DNA of 51,094 bases from a virus. This document shows positions 32,648 through 40,929 of this stretch, one piece after another (positions within the stretch are counted from its first letter, which is position 1; each line of letters opens with the position of its first letter). The notes below the pieces were generated by a model. That model worked only from the letters and a program-made list of their open reading frames with translations. It did no database searches and was not told the origin of the DNA. The position numbers and the translations under genes are program-made. Where the stretch lies: positions 1-51,094 of IMG/VR virus record IMGVR_UViG_3300027651_000002; one strand, written 5' to 3'.

Positions 32648-33120
32648 GGGCTGGAGTCGAAGGCGAAGCTGAGCGCCGCGCCTGCGGTCGTGCCCGCCCC
32701 GGGCAGGACGAGGAGCCGTAGCGTATCTCCAAGCTGCTGCGGGATGATGGTGTTGACGGCGATCGTCGGCGTGTACCCACCGAGCGGACCGTCGATGGTG
32801 TTCGTCGCGGAGGGCGCGTTCAGCGTGCCGCCGATGCCGCGGGTGAGCACGATGTTCCACGAGATCGCCGCCGCACTGGCGGCGAGCTGGTTGAAGCGGG
32901 CGAGGTCTTTCCAGAAACCGGCTCCGGACTGGCCCAGGCCGCGCCCGTAGTTCGTCTGGATGACGATGTCGAGCGTCCCGCCGACCGCGCCGATCAGGTT
33001 CGCCGTCCCGATGGCCTTGTTGTATTCGAGCAGGCCCTCGGTCCGCGCGACTTCCGCCCACGCATTGGCGGTTGGCGTGGTGACCGCCCACGTGAAACTT
33101 AGGCCGTAGACGGAAGCCAT
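32644..33120 (-). CDS. head-tail joining protein candidate (158 aa)
   Basis: ORF track and position. Confidence 0.45.
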   Translation of the reverse strand: MASVYGLSFTWAVTTPTANAWAEVARTEGLLEYNKAIGTANLIGAVGGTLDIVIQTNYGRGLGQSGAGFWKDLARFNQLAASAAAISWNIVLTRGIGGTLNAPSATNTIDGPLGGYTPTIAVNTIIPQQLGDTLRLLVLPGAGTTAGAALSFAFDSSP

Positions 33121-33136
33121 CGCGCGCCCCTTTCAG

Positions 33137-33649
33137 CTACCAGCCGCGGAGCGCCGGGCGACCGATGATCACCTGTCCGGCCTGCGGGTCTGAATTGATG
33201 GTGACCTGGCCGTCGAGCACGGCCTGCGTCGTGCTGTAGGTCGTGCGCGCCTGCGAGGTGAACGGATTTCCGCCAGCGCCGCCCTTGCCGCCCGCAGCCG
33301 AGTCGGCCACCAGCGGCGTCACCTCGCCCTTGGAGATGAGCTTGAGCCAGGCCAGCGCTTCGTCTTTTCGGTTCTGGAAGACGACGTCGCCCGGATCTTC
33401 GGGGTCGAATCCACGGAAGGCGATCAGGCTGAAGGCCGCGATCGCGACCGAGGCGTCTCGCAGATCCGCGCCCCAGGAGGTGAGCGGGAGCGTGAACTTC
33501 GCGCCGATGTAGCTGTCGATCTTGGCGTTCGCCGCATCGATGAAGGCCTGCTGCTGCGCGGTCGTCACCGTGCCCAGCGCCGACGCGGATAGCCCGGAGG
33601 TCGTCAGGTCGGCGAGGCTCGCGTACGGCGTCGGAGTGAGCAGCGCCAC
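33137..33649 (-). CDS. Mu gp36-like head-tail adaptor (DUF1320-like)
   Basis: YASLADL...FIDAANAKIDSYIGAKFTLPL pattern. Confidence 0.6.
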   Translation of the reverse strand: MALLTPTPYASLADLTTSGLSASALGTVTTAQQQAFIDAANAKIDSYIGAKFTLPLTSWGADLRDASVAIAAFSLIAFRGFDPEDPGDVVFQNRKDEALAWLKLISKGEVTPLVADSAAGGKGGAGGNPFTSQARTTYSTTQAVLDGQVTINSDPQAGQVIIGRPALRGW

Positions 33650-33652
33650 GGG

Positions 33653-34033
33653 CTACCTCGCCTGCGCCTGCTGCTTCTCCGGCTTCACCTCGCCGAGCAC
33701 CTTGTAGGTGAGCAGCATCGGCGTCTTGATCGTCCGGGTCTTGTACCCGTCCGGCAGGACGATGATCTGCCCGCCCTTGGCGTGCTCGAGATGGCGCAGC
33801 TTCGCGGCCACCGTCAGGCCGGGCTGGCGCGCCTCGACCGCCTCGCGCTTGTCGAAGTCGTAGAACTGGAAGGGCGGCCCAGGCGGGTCGTCTTCCAGGA
33901 CTGCCTCGGTCTCGCCGTTGGGCCAGAACCGGCCGCCGGCCCAGAACCCGGGCTCGACTCCGTCGCTCCCGTCGTCGCGGGTGAAACGGCGCTCGGGGAC
34001 AATGACCAGCACACGAACAGGGGTAGAGGGCAT
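33653..34033 (-). CDS. hypothetical virion-module protein (126 aa), paralog of 40382-40780
   Basis: ATG at 34033 with CAGGAG upstream. Shared motifs are listed in the findings. Confidence 0.6.
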   Translation of the reverse strand: MPSTPVRVLVIVPERRFTRDDGSDGVEPGFWAGGRFWPNGETEAVLEDDPPGPPFQFYDFDKREAVEARQPGLTVAAKLRHLEHAKGGQIIVLPDGYKTRTIKTPMLLTYKVLGEVKPEKQQAQAR

Positions 34034-34048
34034 GCGATACTCCTGGAA

Positions 34049-34273
34049 ATGGACACCGTCGAATTTCACGAGGCAGGCCGGCAGGTGATGAACCGGATCA
34101 TCGAGGCGCTGAACAAGCTGGAGGGAACGACCGTGCCGGCCGAGGCGGTCGTGTTCACCCTGCTCGCGGCCGCAGCGATGCAATGCGACAGGTCACTGCA
34201 CATCACCGACCGCGCGGCGTTTCTACGCTTGGCCGGCGAGACCTGGGACAGCCACCGGAAGGCGAACGGCTAG
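34049..34273 (+). CDS. small protein (74 aa), antisense between the capsid and adaptor genes
   Basis: Plus-frame GC3 is 14/17 versus 14/22 for the minus-frame extension. Confidence 0.55.
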   Translation: MDTVEFHEAGRQVMNRIIEALNKLEGTTVPAEAVVFTLLAAAAMQCDRSLHITDRAAFLRLAGETWDSHRKANG

Positions 34274-35232
34274 GCGCCGCACTTCGCCATCAGGAACGGC
34301 AGCGTGTAGCCAGCGTTTCCGCGGGCGTCGATTCCCCAGAGGAACTTGCGGGTCTTGAACACGTTGTCATCGTTCGGCGCGGTCTTCTGCACGACCTGCA
34401 CAGGCTGCCGGACCTGGAAGATGATCCCGCGGACGATGGCGCCGAGCGTCTTCGTGTCGCCCGTGTACCAGGTGGTGTCGTCGCCGGCGAGCTTGGGGAT
34501 CGTGACCACCTGGGCCATTCCCTGGAGCACGTTGGTCTGCTGCGCGGCAGCGGCGTTCTGGCCGGTGGCCGCGGCCGGGGCGGTGAAGGCGGCCAGCACG
34601 ATCTGCCGCGCGGTGACGTCGAGGAGCGGCGGGACGTAGACGGTGTCCGGCATGGTGTTGACCGGGAACCCGTTGGCGCCCTTCCATGCCATCATGCTCG
34701 CGCGGACGAAGGCGAAGTTGGCGGAGGTGAGCAGACGCGCGCCGGATCCGGCGGTGTTGAACAGGTTCGACTGCGTCGGCGAGGAAGGGTTGTCCGGGTC
34801 CTGCGGGTGCGACGCGTTGAAGTACGGCTGCCCGTCGTAGCAGACGGAGGCGGTGGCGTCTCCGTTCTGCAGCGCGGTGATCACCAGCTGATCCGGCCAG
34901 AGTGCACCACTCATCCCGAGGGCCTGGGCGCGCGCGTTGAAGATGCCGAACTGATCGTCGAGGAGCGGGTTCCGGTCGATCTCGACCGTCGCCTCGTAGT
35001 CCTTGTTGATCAGCGTGTACGCGCGGGTCTGGAGGTTCAGGATCTGCCGCTCGCCGAGCCACTCTCGCATCAGCGGGAGCCGGTCGATCCAGGCGTGCAC
35101 TTCCTGCCGCGTGCTGGAGGTGGTCTGGCTGGCGATCGTCGCCCAGTAGGTCACCGTGGACATCAGTGCCTGCTGGACGATGTTGTTGAAGCCGTACCAG
35201 AGGAAGTCGATGTTGCTCTGGATCAGTTCCAT
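34270..35232 (-). CDS. major capsid protein, Mu gpT-like
   Basis: WIDRLPLMREWLGERQI ... YEATVEIDRNPLLDDQFGIF matches the Mu-like gpT family pattern. Confidence 0.8.
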   Translation of the reverse strand: MELIQSNIDFLWYGFNNIVQQALMSTVTYWATIASQTTSSTRQEVHAWIDRLPLMREWLGERQILNLQTRAYTLINKDYEATVEIDRNPLLDDQFGIFNARAQALGMSGALWPDQLVITALQNGDATASVCYDGQPYFNASHPQDPDNPSSPTQSNLFNTAGSGARLLTSANFAFVRASMMAWKGANGFPVNTMPDTVYVPPLLDVTARQIVLAAFTAPAAATGQNAAAAQQTNVLQGMAQVVTIPKLAGDDTTWYTGDTKTLGAIVRGIIFQVRQPVQVVQKTAPNDDNVFKTRKFLWGIDARGNAGYTLPFLMAKCGA

Positions 35233-35314
35233 GGGGGCACGTCCTTGTGCGCCTCACCCGTCGAGGGCGGCGCTGCGAGGTATTGCGATTGCGGGTGAGG
35301 GGAAGGGTTCGGAG

Positions 35315-36169
35315 TTACGCCAGCTGGATCAGGAAGTAGCCGGAGCCGGCGGTGAACACGGTGCCGGCCGCGTTGATGAGCGTGATCGTCGAGGTCGGCG
35401 AGACGATGTTCAGCGCCGTGACCGCAGTGCCGAGCACGGGCGTGGCCGCGTAGCCGGTGTTCGCCAGCGTGATGGCGCAGACGCCGCCGGTCGTCGAGAC
35501 GCCGCCGATCTGCAGGTTGACGGCGAAGGTCGCGCCCGCGCCGGTGCCGGTGACGGCCGCGACGTAGGAGATACCCATGATGCGGCAGGCGAAGCCGAGC
35601 GTGATCGGGCCGGCGATGGTGCCGCCGCCGACCACCAGCGAGGTGAGGGTGACCGGGAGGGTCAGGATCTGCGTGGCGAGGCCGACCTGGCCGAAGTAGC
35701 CCATGGAGACCCAGATGCCGCCGTCCGCGTCGAGCAGGACCATCTTGCCGGCGCGCGGGCGACCGGTGCTGGGGACGCGGCCAACCGTCTGATCGTCGAT
35801 GGCGAACACGTCCTGGCCGACGTCCGCCTGGGTGAGCGCGTCCGCCGCGGAGCCGTTCGCCCACTTGAACACGCCTGTCCGGACCGCCACCTGCAGCGAG
35901 CTCGCCGCGTGGCCGGTGTACGTGTTGTTGTAGGACGTGTTCGGGGTGGTGTTCTGGCTCACCGGCTGCGGCAGGTAGGGGACCTCCGCCTTGCCGATCA
36001 CAGTGACGCAGGTGGCGTCTCCGCCGCGGACAGCGAGACCGGCCGAGTTCAGGCCGACCATGCCGCCGACGTAGATGGTCACGTTGTCCGCGATGGGGAC
36101 GAAGTGCAGGTCCATGATCGCGGTGTCCTTGAACTTGAGCGTGTTGCGGATCGCGGTGAGGAAGGCCAT
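35315..36169 (-). CDS. head decoration-like protein (284 aa)
   Basis: Position between the scaffold and capsid genes. The N-terminal half is DUF2190-like (weak assignment). Confidence 0.4.
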   Translation of the reverse strand: MAFLTAIRNTLKFKDTAIMDLHFVPIADNVTIYVGGMVGLNSAGLAVRGGDATCVTVIGKAEVPYLPQPVSQNTTPNTSYNNTYTGHAASSLQVAVRTGVFKWANGSAADALTQADVGQDVFAIDDQTVGRVPSTGRPRAGKMVLLDADGGIWVSMGYFGQVGLATQILTLPVTLTSLVVGGGTIAGPITLGFACRIMGISYVAAVTGTGAGATFAVNLQIGGVSTTGGVCAITLANTGYAATPVLGTAVTALNIVSPTSTITLINAAGTVFTAGSGYFLIQLA

Positions 36170-36250
36170 GCGGGTATCTCCTGGGCGCGGCTCTGGCCGT
36201 CCCGTGGATCGGTGAGGTGGAGCGAATCGGTTGTCGGTGGCGGGGCGGTA

Positions 36251-37459
36251 CTAGCCGGTCGCGCGGATCGCAGCGGCCTCGGCCATCTGCTCCTGCAACT
36301 TCTCGAGCGCCTTCGGGTCGGTGATTCCCATCTTGGCGGCGGCCTTCAACTGCTCGGCGGTGAGCGCGATGCGCGGCTTGTGCTCGGGCGACTCGGCCGG
36401 CTTGCGCGGCACCACTGCGGACGCGGTCTTGAGGAAGCCGGCGAGCATCTCCGGGTTCTTCTTCCCGATCTGGAGCCACAGCTCCTTCTGTGCCGGGGAG
36501 ATCTTGCCCTCGCGGATGCCCTGCTCCACCAGCATCTCGGCGGTGGCGCCCTGGCCCTGCGTCTTCAGCGCGGCCAGTTCCGCCTCGAGCTGCGGAATGC
36601 GCGCCACGTCGGCCTTGAGCGAGAGGACCACGCCGAGCGCCTCGCCGTAGCTCTTCGCTCCGGTGAGCTCGATCAGCTGCTTCTCGGAATCGGCGCGCGA
36701 CTTGTCGGATGTGGTCGCGTCGGCGGCGCCCTTCGCGGCGAGCGTGGCGAGATCGGTCTCGCCCTCGCGCACCTTGCGGGCCTTCTCTTCCGCTTCGGCC
36801 TTCGCCTTGGCGTCGGCCTCGATGCGGGCCTTGGTCACGTCGGCGACGCGGGCGCTCTCGCGCAGTCCGTCGAGCGCGGCCATGACGTCGTCCTCGCTCG
36901 CGTTCGGAGGCAGGCCGAGCTTGTACAGGGTCATGGCGTTGGTCGCGGACTTGTTCTTCTTGCCCATGTAGCGCTCCTTGCGGGGGTTCGTATCGTTGCG
37001 GTCACGAGAGGTGACGAGTGGCGTCTGCTTCTTCGTAGCCGGAATATTGGTCAGGGCGACGTTGATCAGTTCCGAGATCCGGTTGTCGTCGCCGTCCTCG
37101 ATGTTGAAGGCCGGGGACACGTAGCGGGCTTCGCGCTTGCCGAGCATCGACCGCGCTTCGTCGTTCCAGCGCACCGCCGTTGCCCAGAGCTCGCCCTGGC
37201 GCAGCTGCGGCGTGAACCAGGCGGCCGCCTTCATCGACTTGGCCGGGTCGACGTTGAAGAACCCGAGCATCGAGTGCGCGTAATCGACGCAGTAGTCGTT
37301 GCCCCAGTCGGCGACCGCGGCCATCACGCTCCGGGCAGCCTGGCCGTCGAAGAGGAAGGTGCCCTTGGTCGTCTCGAAGCTGCCGGCCGGGAAGATGCGG
37401 AAGTCCTGAGGCGGCCCCATGGAGAGGTCCAGCTCGACGGAGAGGGTCGCGCGCTTCAT
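36251..37459 (-). CDS. Mu gpI-like head protease fused to scaffold (gpZ-like C-terminal half)
   Basis: FRIFPAGSFETTKG...CVDYAHS...RYVSPAF is the Mu I pattern. The C-terminus is Ala/Lys/Glu coiled coil. An internal ATG (MGKKNKS) could give a nested scaffold. Confidence 0.75.
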   Translation of the reverse strand: MKRATLSVELDLSMGPPQDFRIFPAGSFETTKGTFLFDGQAARSVMAAVADWGNDYCVDYAHSMLGFFNVDPAKSMKAAAWFTPQLRQGELWATAVRWNDEARSMLGKREARYVSPAFNIEDGDDNRISELINVALTNIPATKKQTPLVTSRDRNDTNPRKERYMGKKNKSATNAMTLYKLGLPPNASEDDVMAALDGLRESARVADVTKARIEADAKAKAEAEEKARKVREGETDLATLAAKGAADATTSDKSRADSEKQLIELTGAKSYGEALGVVLSLKADVARIPQLEAELAALKTQGQGATAEMLVEQGIREGKISPAQKELWLQIGKKNPEMLAGFLKTASAVVPRKPAESPEHKPRIALTAEQLKAAAKMGITDPKALEKLQEQMAEAAAIRATG

Positions 37460-37605
37460 TTCGCCCAACCCTTCCGCAAGGCCCAGCCAAAGCAACGCCA
37501 GAAATGGATTCGGTAACCGCGCCGCAGCCAGCCTTCCGGCAACTTCCAAGCGATGCGATCGCGGACGAGCTGCCAGAAGCAATCCAAGCAGGGCAACCGG
37601 CTCAT
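37456..37605 (-). CDS. Trp/Arg/Cys-rich micro-protein (49 aa)
   Basis: ATGA overlaps with both the portal stop and the protease start. Lies in a lower-GC patch. Confidence 0.5.
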   Translation of the reverse strand: MSRLPCLDCFWQLVRDRIAWKLPEGWLRRGYRIHFWRCFGWALRKGWAK

Positions 37606-38951
37606 TTCGCTGGAGCCACACCCTTCGCCTTCGCCGCCGCGTCGGCCGCGTCCTTCGCCGCCTTGTCGGCCTTCATCTGCGCTTCCTGCGCCGGCGTCAC
37701 CGTCGGCACGTCGTACTCGTCGAGCACCGCCCGGATATCGACCGGAAGCGCTTGCGAGACGGCGGTGGCGAGCGCGCCGGTGAGCTGCTGCAGCGCGGCC
37801 GACTGCTCCTTCTTGTCCTCTGGCGGATCGGCGTTCCAGGTCGCGGTCGGTGCCGAGTCCAGGTCGGTGCCGAAGTTCAGCAGCGCCCACGGTGCGATCG
37901 CTTGCTCCCGCAGGCAGGTCCCTATCGACTTCGCGTCCGACTTCAGGAGGTCGCCGCGGACGCGATCGTGGACCTGGGCTGCCGCGCGGCTCCCGCCTTC
38001 TACTTCGGTCGTGAGGTTCTGCCCGAGCAGGCAGATCGCGATCGAGTTGTTGCACATCTCCACGAGCTGCTGAAACGTCTTGTGCGAGTCGGTCGACGCC
38101 TCGATCAGCTTCAGATCGAACATGTCGTCGTCGGAAGCGCGCGGCAGCATGATCACCGTCTCGCGTCCGAGCGCCGCCAGATCCGCTAGCGCGCGGTCCT
38201 TGTCCTCGCGCTTCGCTTCCGCCGGAACCTGCAGCCCGCGGATGGGCAGACCGTGCACTTCCGAGCTGCGCGCCCAGTCCCGGAACGCCCACTGCCGGCA
38301 CATGAACGGGATCGCCAAGCTACGGACGAGGCCCTGCATCCAGCCGAGCTGGTAGCCGTACGGGGTGTAGAGCACCCACTGCTTGTCGCCAGGGACGACC
38401 TCCGCTGGCCCGGACATGGTGGTGACCCAGAAGCTGCGCGTGTCCCAGCGCCAGTAGATGAACTGCGGGTGCCACACCTTGAGCTTGAAATTGGCCTGAT
38501 CGCCCGTCTGCCAGAGCAATTGGCCCAGGCCGAAGCCGAGGTACAGGCCCCACTTGAGCAATTCTTTGACCGATTCCTCCGGGCACATCTTCGGCCACGC
38601 CTTCTGCAGCGTCGCCGAGTTCTGCCCGTCGAAGACCATGGGCAGCGCGGTCAGGCTGTTCAGCCGCGTGTCCGTGACGCCCTTGATCCGGTCGTCCCAG
38701 AACATCCGGTCGACGAGCTGCGCGGCGAGCGAGAACATGCCGCGCTCGAGCTGGAAGAGCGCGCTCTTGACCTGGCCGACCGAGTCGAAGTCCGTGAAGC
38801 TGACGACCGGGACGTCGACGCGCGCCTTCCGGTCGGCCGGATTGCTCCACGAAGAGCGAACCCCGTCCGGAGACGGAGTCGTGCCACCGCGCGGGGCGAC
38901 AGCATCGAGCGCCTTCGACGGCCGCTTCTTGAGGGCCGCCTCGAGCGTCAT
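37602..38951 (-). CDS. portal protein, Mu gp29-like (DUF935)
   Basis: 449 aa. Contains RMFWDDRIKGV...LGQNLTTEV..GSRAAAQVH. Confidence 0.8.
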   Translation of the reverse strand: MTLEAALKKRPSKALDAVAPRGGTTPSPDGVRSSWSNPADRKARVDVPVVSFTDFDSVGQVKSALFQLERGMFSLAAQLVDRMFWDDRIKGVTDTRLNSLTALPMVFDGQNSATLQKAWPKMCPEESVKELLKWGLYLGFGLGQLLWQTGDQANFKLKVWHPQFIYWRWDTRSFWVTTMSGPAEVVPGDKQWVLYTPYGYQLGWMQGLVRSLAIPFMCRQWAFRDWARSSEVHGLPIRGLQVPAEAKREDKDRALADLAALGRETVIMLPRASDDDMFDLKLIEASTDSHKTFQQLVEMCNNSIAICLLGQNLTTEVEGGSRAAAQVHDRVRGDLLKSDAKSIGTCLREQAIAPWALLNFGTDLDSAPTATWNADPPEDKKEQSAALQQLTGALATAVSQALPVDIRAVLDEYDVPTVTPAQEAQMKADKAAKDAADAAAKAKGVAPAK

Positions 38952-38960
38952 GTAGTGCCC

Positions 38961-39338
38961 CTAGATGGCTGGTCGTTCGCACGAACCAGCGTGCCCGGCG
39001 TCCAGAACGCAGTCGGCAGCGTAGGGCCCGACGTGCGCGGCCGGCTTCGTTGGCTGACCTGGCAGCGCAGGAGCCTTCCCCGCCTTCCAGAACGGCGACT
39101 CGTTCACCAGCACGATGTCCGCGCCGTGCTGCTTCTTCAGTCTGGCAACTGCGCAGCGGCAGGCTTGCGGAACCTTCGTCTCGCCGTCCGCACCTTTGTG
39201 GAAGATCGAGATGTAGAACCCGGCACCGCGGCAGCGGTGGCAGTCCTTCTTCGCGAACGAGAGCACATCGGCCACGACCAGCGCCCGGTCGACGGCAGGC
39301 AGCGGCGCCAGCCGTGGACTCGATGCCTGCTCGCTCAC
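38961..39338 (-). CDS. Cys-rich hypothetical protein (125 aa)
   Basis: GTGA coupling. Contains DCHRCRGAGFY and CRC. Confidence 0.55.
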   Translation of the reverse strand: MSEQASSPRLAPLPAVDRALVVADVLSFAKKDCHRCRGAGFYISIFHKGADGETKVPQACRCAVARLKKQHGADIVLVNESPFWKAGKAPALPGQPTKPAAHVGPYAADCVLDAGHAGSCERPAI

Positions 39339-39715
39339 GGCCCCACCTCAACCACCCAGAAACGGTGCTGCAGGTCCATCAGAGGAAGCGGATTCGCCTC
39401 CATCCATTTCGCGCGGCGCTGATTGCGGTCCCCGATGGCATGCACGACGCGCAGCGTCCCTTTGGGCTCATCCGGGTTGTAGCGGATCGGGTTCTCATCC
39501 CATGACCGCTTGCCCCATGCGTCGAGCGTCTCTCGCTGAGCAGCTTTCCGCCGTTCGGTGTCGGCCAGTGCGTCGTTCGCAGCCGACTGCGACGCGTGCG
39601 CGGTGTAGACCGTGCCGGTCGTCCCGCCCACGAAGACGCAGCCGCAACCCATGAATGAATCTGAATGGCAATGGCAGTCGACGCGGTCATCACTCATCAG
39701 CAGGAACACGCTCAC
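39335..39715 (-). CDS. hypothetical protein (126 aa; alternative ATG at 39697)
   Basis: GTGA coupling. Contains DCHCHSDSFMGCGC. Confidence 0.5.
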   Translation of the reverse strand: MSVFLLMSDDRVDCHCHSDSFMGCGCVFVGGTTGTVYTAHASQSAANDALADTERRKAAQRETLDAWGKRSWDENPIRYNPDEPKGTLRVVHAIGDRNQRRAKWMEANPLPLMDLQHRFWVVEVGP

Positions 39716-40137
39716 GAGGCGCTCCCGTCGTCCGCGTTCTTCACCAGGAGCCAGCCGAAGCCGCGATCTCGGCTGCCGGAGACCTGGATCAGGTCCCAGC
39801 CCGCCTGCGTCCAGACCGCGAGGCCGGAGTCCCACTTGTCCGGCAGTTGCGAGACGTCGTCGGTGCGCGCCTTGATCTTGATGGTGCCGTCGTTCTTCTC
39901 CTTGACGGTGACGAAGGCGGCGAGTCGCATCAATGCTCCAGATCGCTGCTCGAGGACGAGGGCGAAGTCGTTCAGAGCGCCGTTGCCGGTCATGTCGATC
40001 GGCATCCAGTTGTCGCCGAGCCAGGCCGAGAGCCACTGCCACTGCGCCGGCCGCTGCGCCTCGGGTAGAGACGAGGCCAGGACCGCGACGCGCTTGCCGT
40101 TCGAGGTCAGCGAGACGTGCGCGCGCGGACCGGACAT
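39712..40137 (-). CDS. hypothetical protein (141 aa)
   Basis: ORF track. 1-nt stop/start overlap. Confidence 0.6.
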   Translation of the reverse strand: MSGPRAHVSLTSNGKRVAVLASSLPEAQRPAQWQWLSAWLGDNWMPIDMTGNGALNDFALVLEQRSGALMRLAAFVTVKEKNDGTIKIKARTDDVSQLPDKWDSGLAVWTQAGWDLIQVSGSRDRGFGWLLVKNADDGSAS

Positions 40138-40385
40138 CAGCCGCCCGTGGTCACGCGCGCTTCGAGTGCCTGCACAGTCGCTTCCAGCTCAAGGATCCGG
40201 TTCCAGAGATGCCGCTCGTTCGGCGGCGTCATCTGGCAGGTCGGCCCGTGCATCGGAGGATGCCCCATCGGGTTCGCAGCGCAGGCCATCGCGCCACAGG
40301 TGCAGGAGAACGAGAGCACGGCATTGCCGGAATGGAAGCCGGCGGCGCCGCTGGCGGTGGGGCCGTACGTGTTGAAGACCCTCAT
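40137..40385 (-). CDS. Cys/Met/His-rich small protein (82 aa)
   Basis: ATG at 40385 (ATGA overlap). Contains CTCGAMACAANPMGHPPMHGPTC. Confidence 0.5.
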   Translation of the reverse strand: MRVFNTYGPTASGAAGFHSGNAVLSFSCTCGAMACAANPMGHPPMHGPTCQMTPPNERHLWNRILELEATVQALEARVTTGG

Positions 40386-40780
40386 CGCTGCGGCTCGCCT
40401 GCGACGTCTGGTATGTTGGCTTCCGGCGGAGGTGCAGAGGGCGGCATAGCGGTGAGCACGCCAGACTCCGCCTCTTTTGCGGTCGCGCCGGCGACCGATT
40501 GCGAGGGCACTACTACGGCCTCGACCGGCGCCGGCGGCGGATCCTCGACGATGCGGTACGTGAGCATGCACGGAGTCCGCTGCGCGAACGGGTTCCCGCG
40601 GCTCAGCTCGCTGTCAGCCAGCCGCACGCCGCCCTTCGCTGCGTCCAATTCCGCCAGCTGCGATGCGAGCGAACGCTCCGGAGTGTCCTCGAGCACGGCC
40701 TCGGTGACGCCGCCTTCCCAGCAGCGGCCGGCGGCCCAGTAGCGCTGCAGGGCGGTGACGACGACCTTGACCGATGCCAT
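40382..40780 (-). CDS. hypothetical protein (132 aa), paralog of 33653-34033
   Basis: ATG at 40780 with GGGGAGG upstream. Confidence 0.6.
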   Translation of the reverse strand: MASVKVVVTALQRYWAAGRCWEGGVTEAVLEDTPERSLASQLAELDAAKGGVRLADSELSRGNPFAQRTPCMLTYRIVEDPPPAPVEAVVVPSQSVAGATAKEAESGVLTAMPPSAPPPEANIPDVAGEPQR

Positions 40781-40929
40781 CAGCGACCTCCCCAATAGAG
40801 GAACTCGCAGACGATGACCGTTGCGAGGCGCTCGTTCGCGTCGTCCCAGGTCTGGCCTTCGTAGGCCCAGCCGAACGGAATGACTTTGTGCCAAGGAGGC
40901 CGGTCCCGATTGCAATCCCCGCAGAGCAT
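40780..40929 (-). CDS. small protein (49 aa)
   Basis: TGATG overlaps at both ends. Sequence begins MLCGDCNRDRPPWHK... Confidence 0.45.
   Translation of the reverse strand: MLCGDCNRDRPPWHKVIPFGWAYEGQTWDDANERLATVIVCEFLYWGGR

Noticed and set aside
33653-34183. Long (176-aa) version of the minus-strand ORF, which would remove plus-strand gene 34049-34273
   Set aside because: The N-terminal extension has lower third-position G/C (14/22) than the plus frame (14/17). It reads as Arg/His/Gly-rich text. The internal ATG at 34033 has an SD.
35156-37516. 786-aa plus-strand ORF
   Set aside because: It lies antisense to the capsid, decoration and protease/scaffold genes. Its composition is Arg/Gly/Ala/Asp junk, with no start context.
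36251-37621. 456-aa version of the protease/scaffold ORF overlapping the portal gene
   Set aside because: The extra 54 residues are Leu/Ala/Arg-rich. They overlap the better-supported 49-aa coupled ORF. The ATG at 37459 has a GGAAGGG SD.
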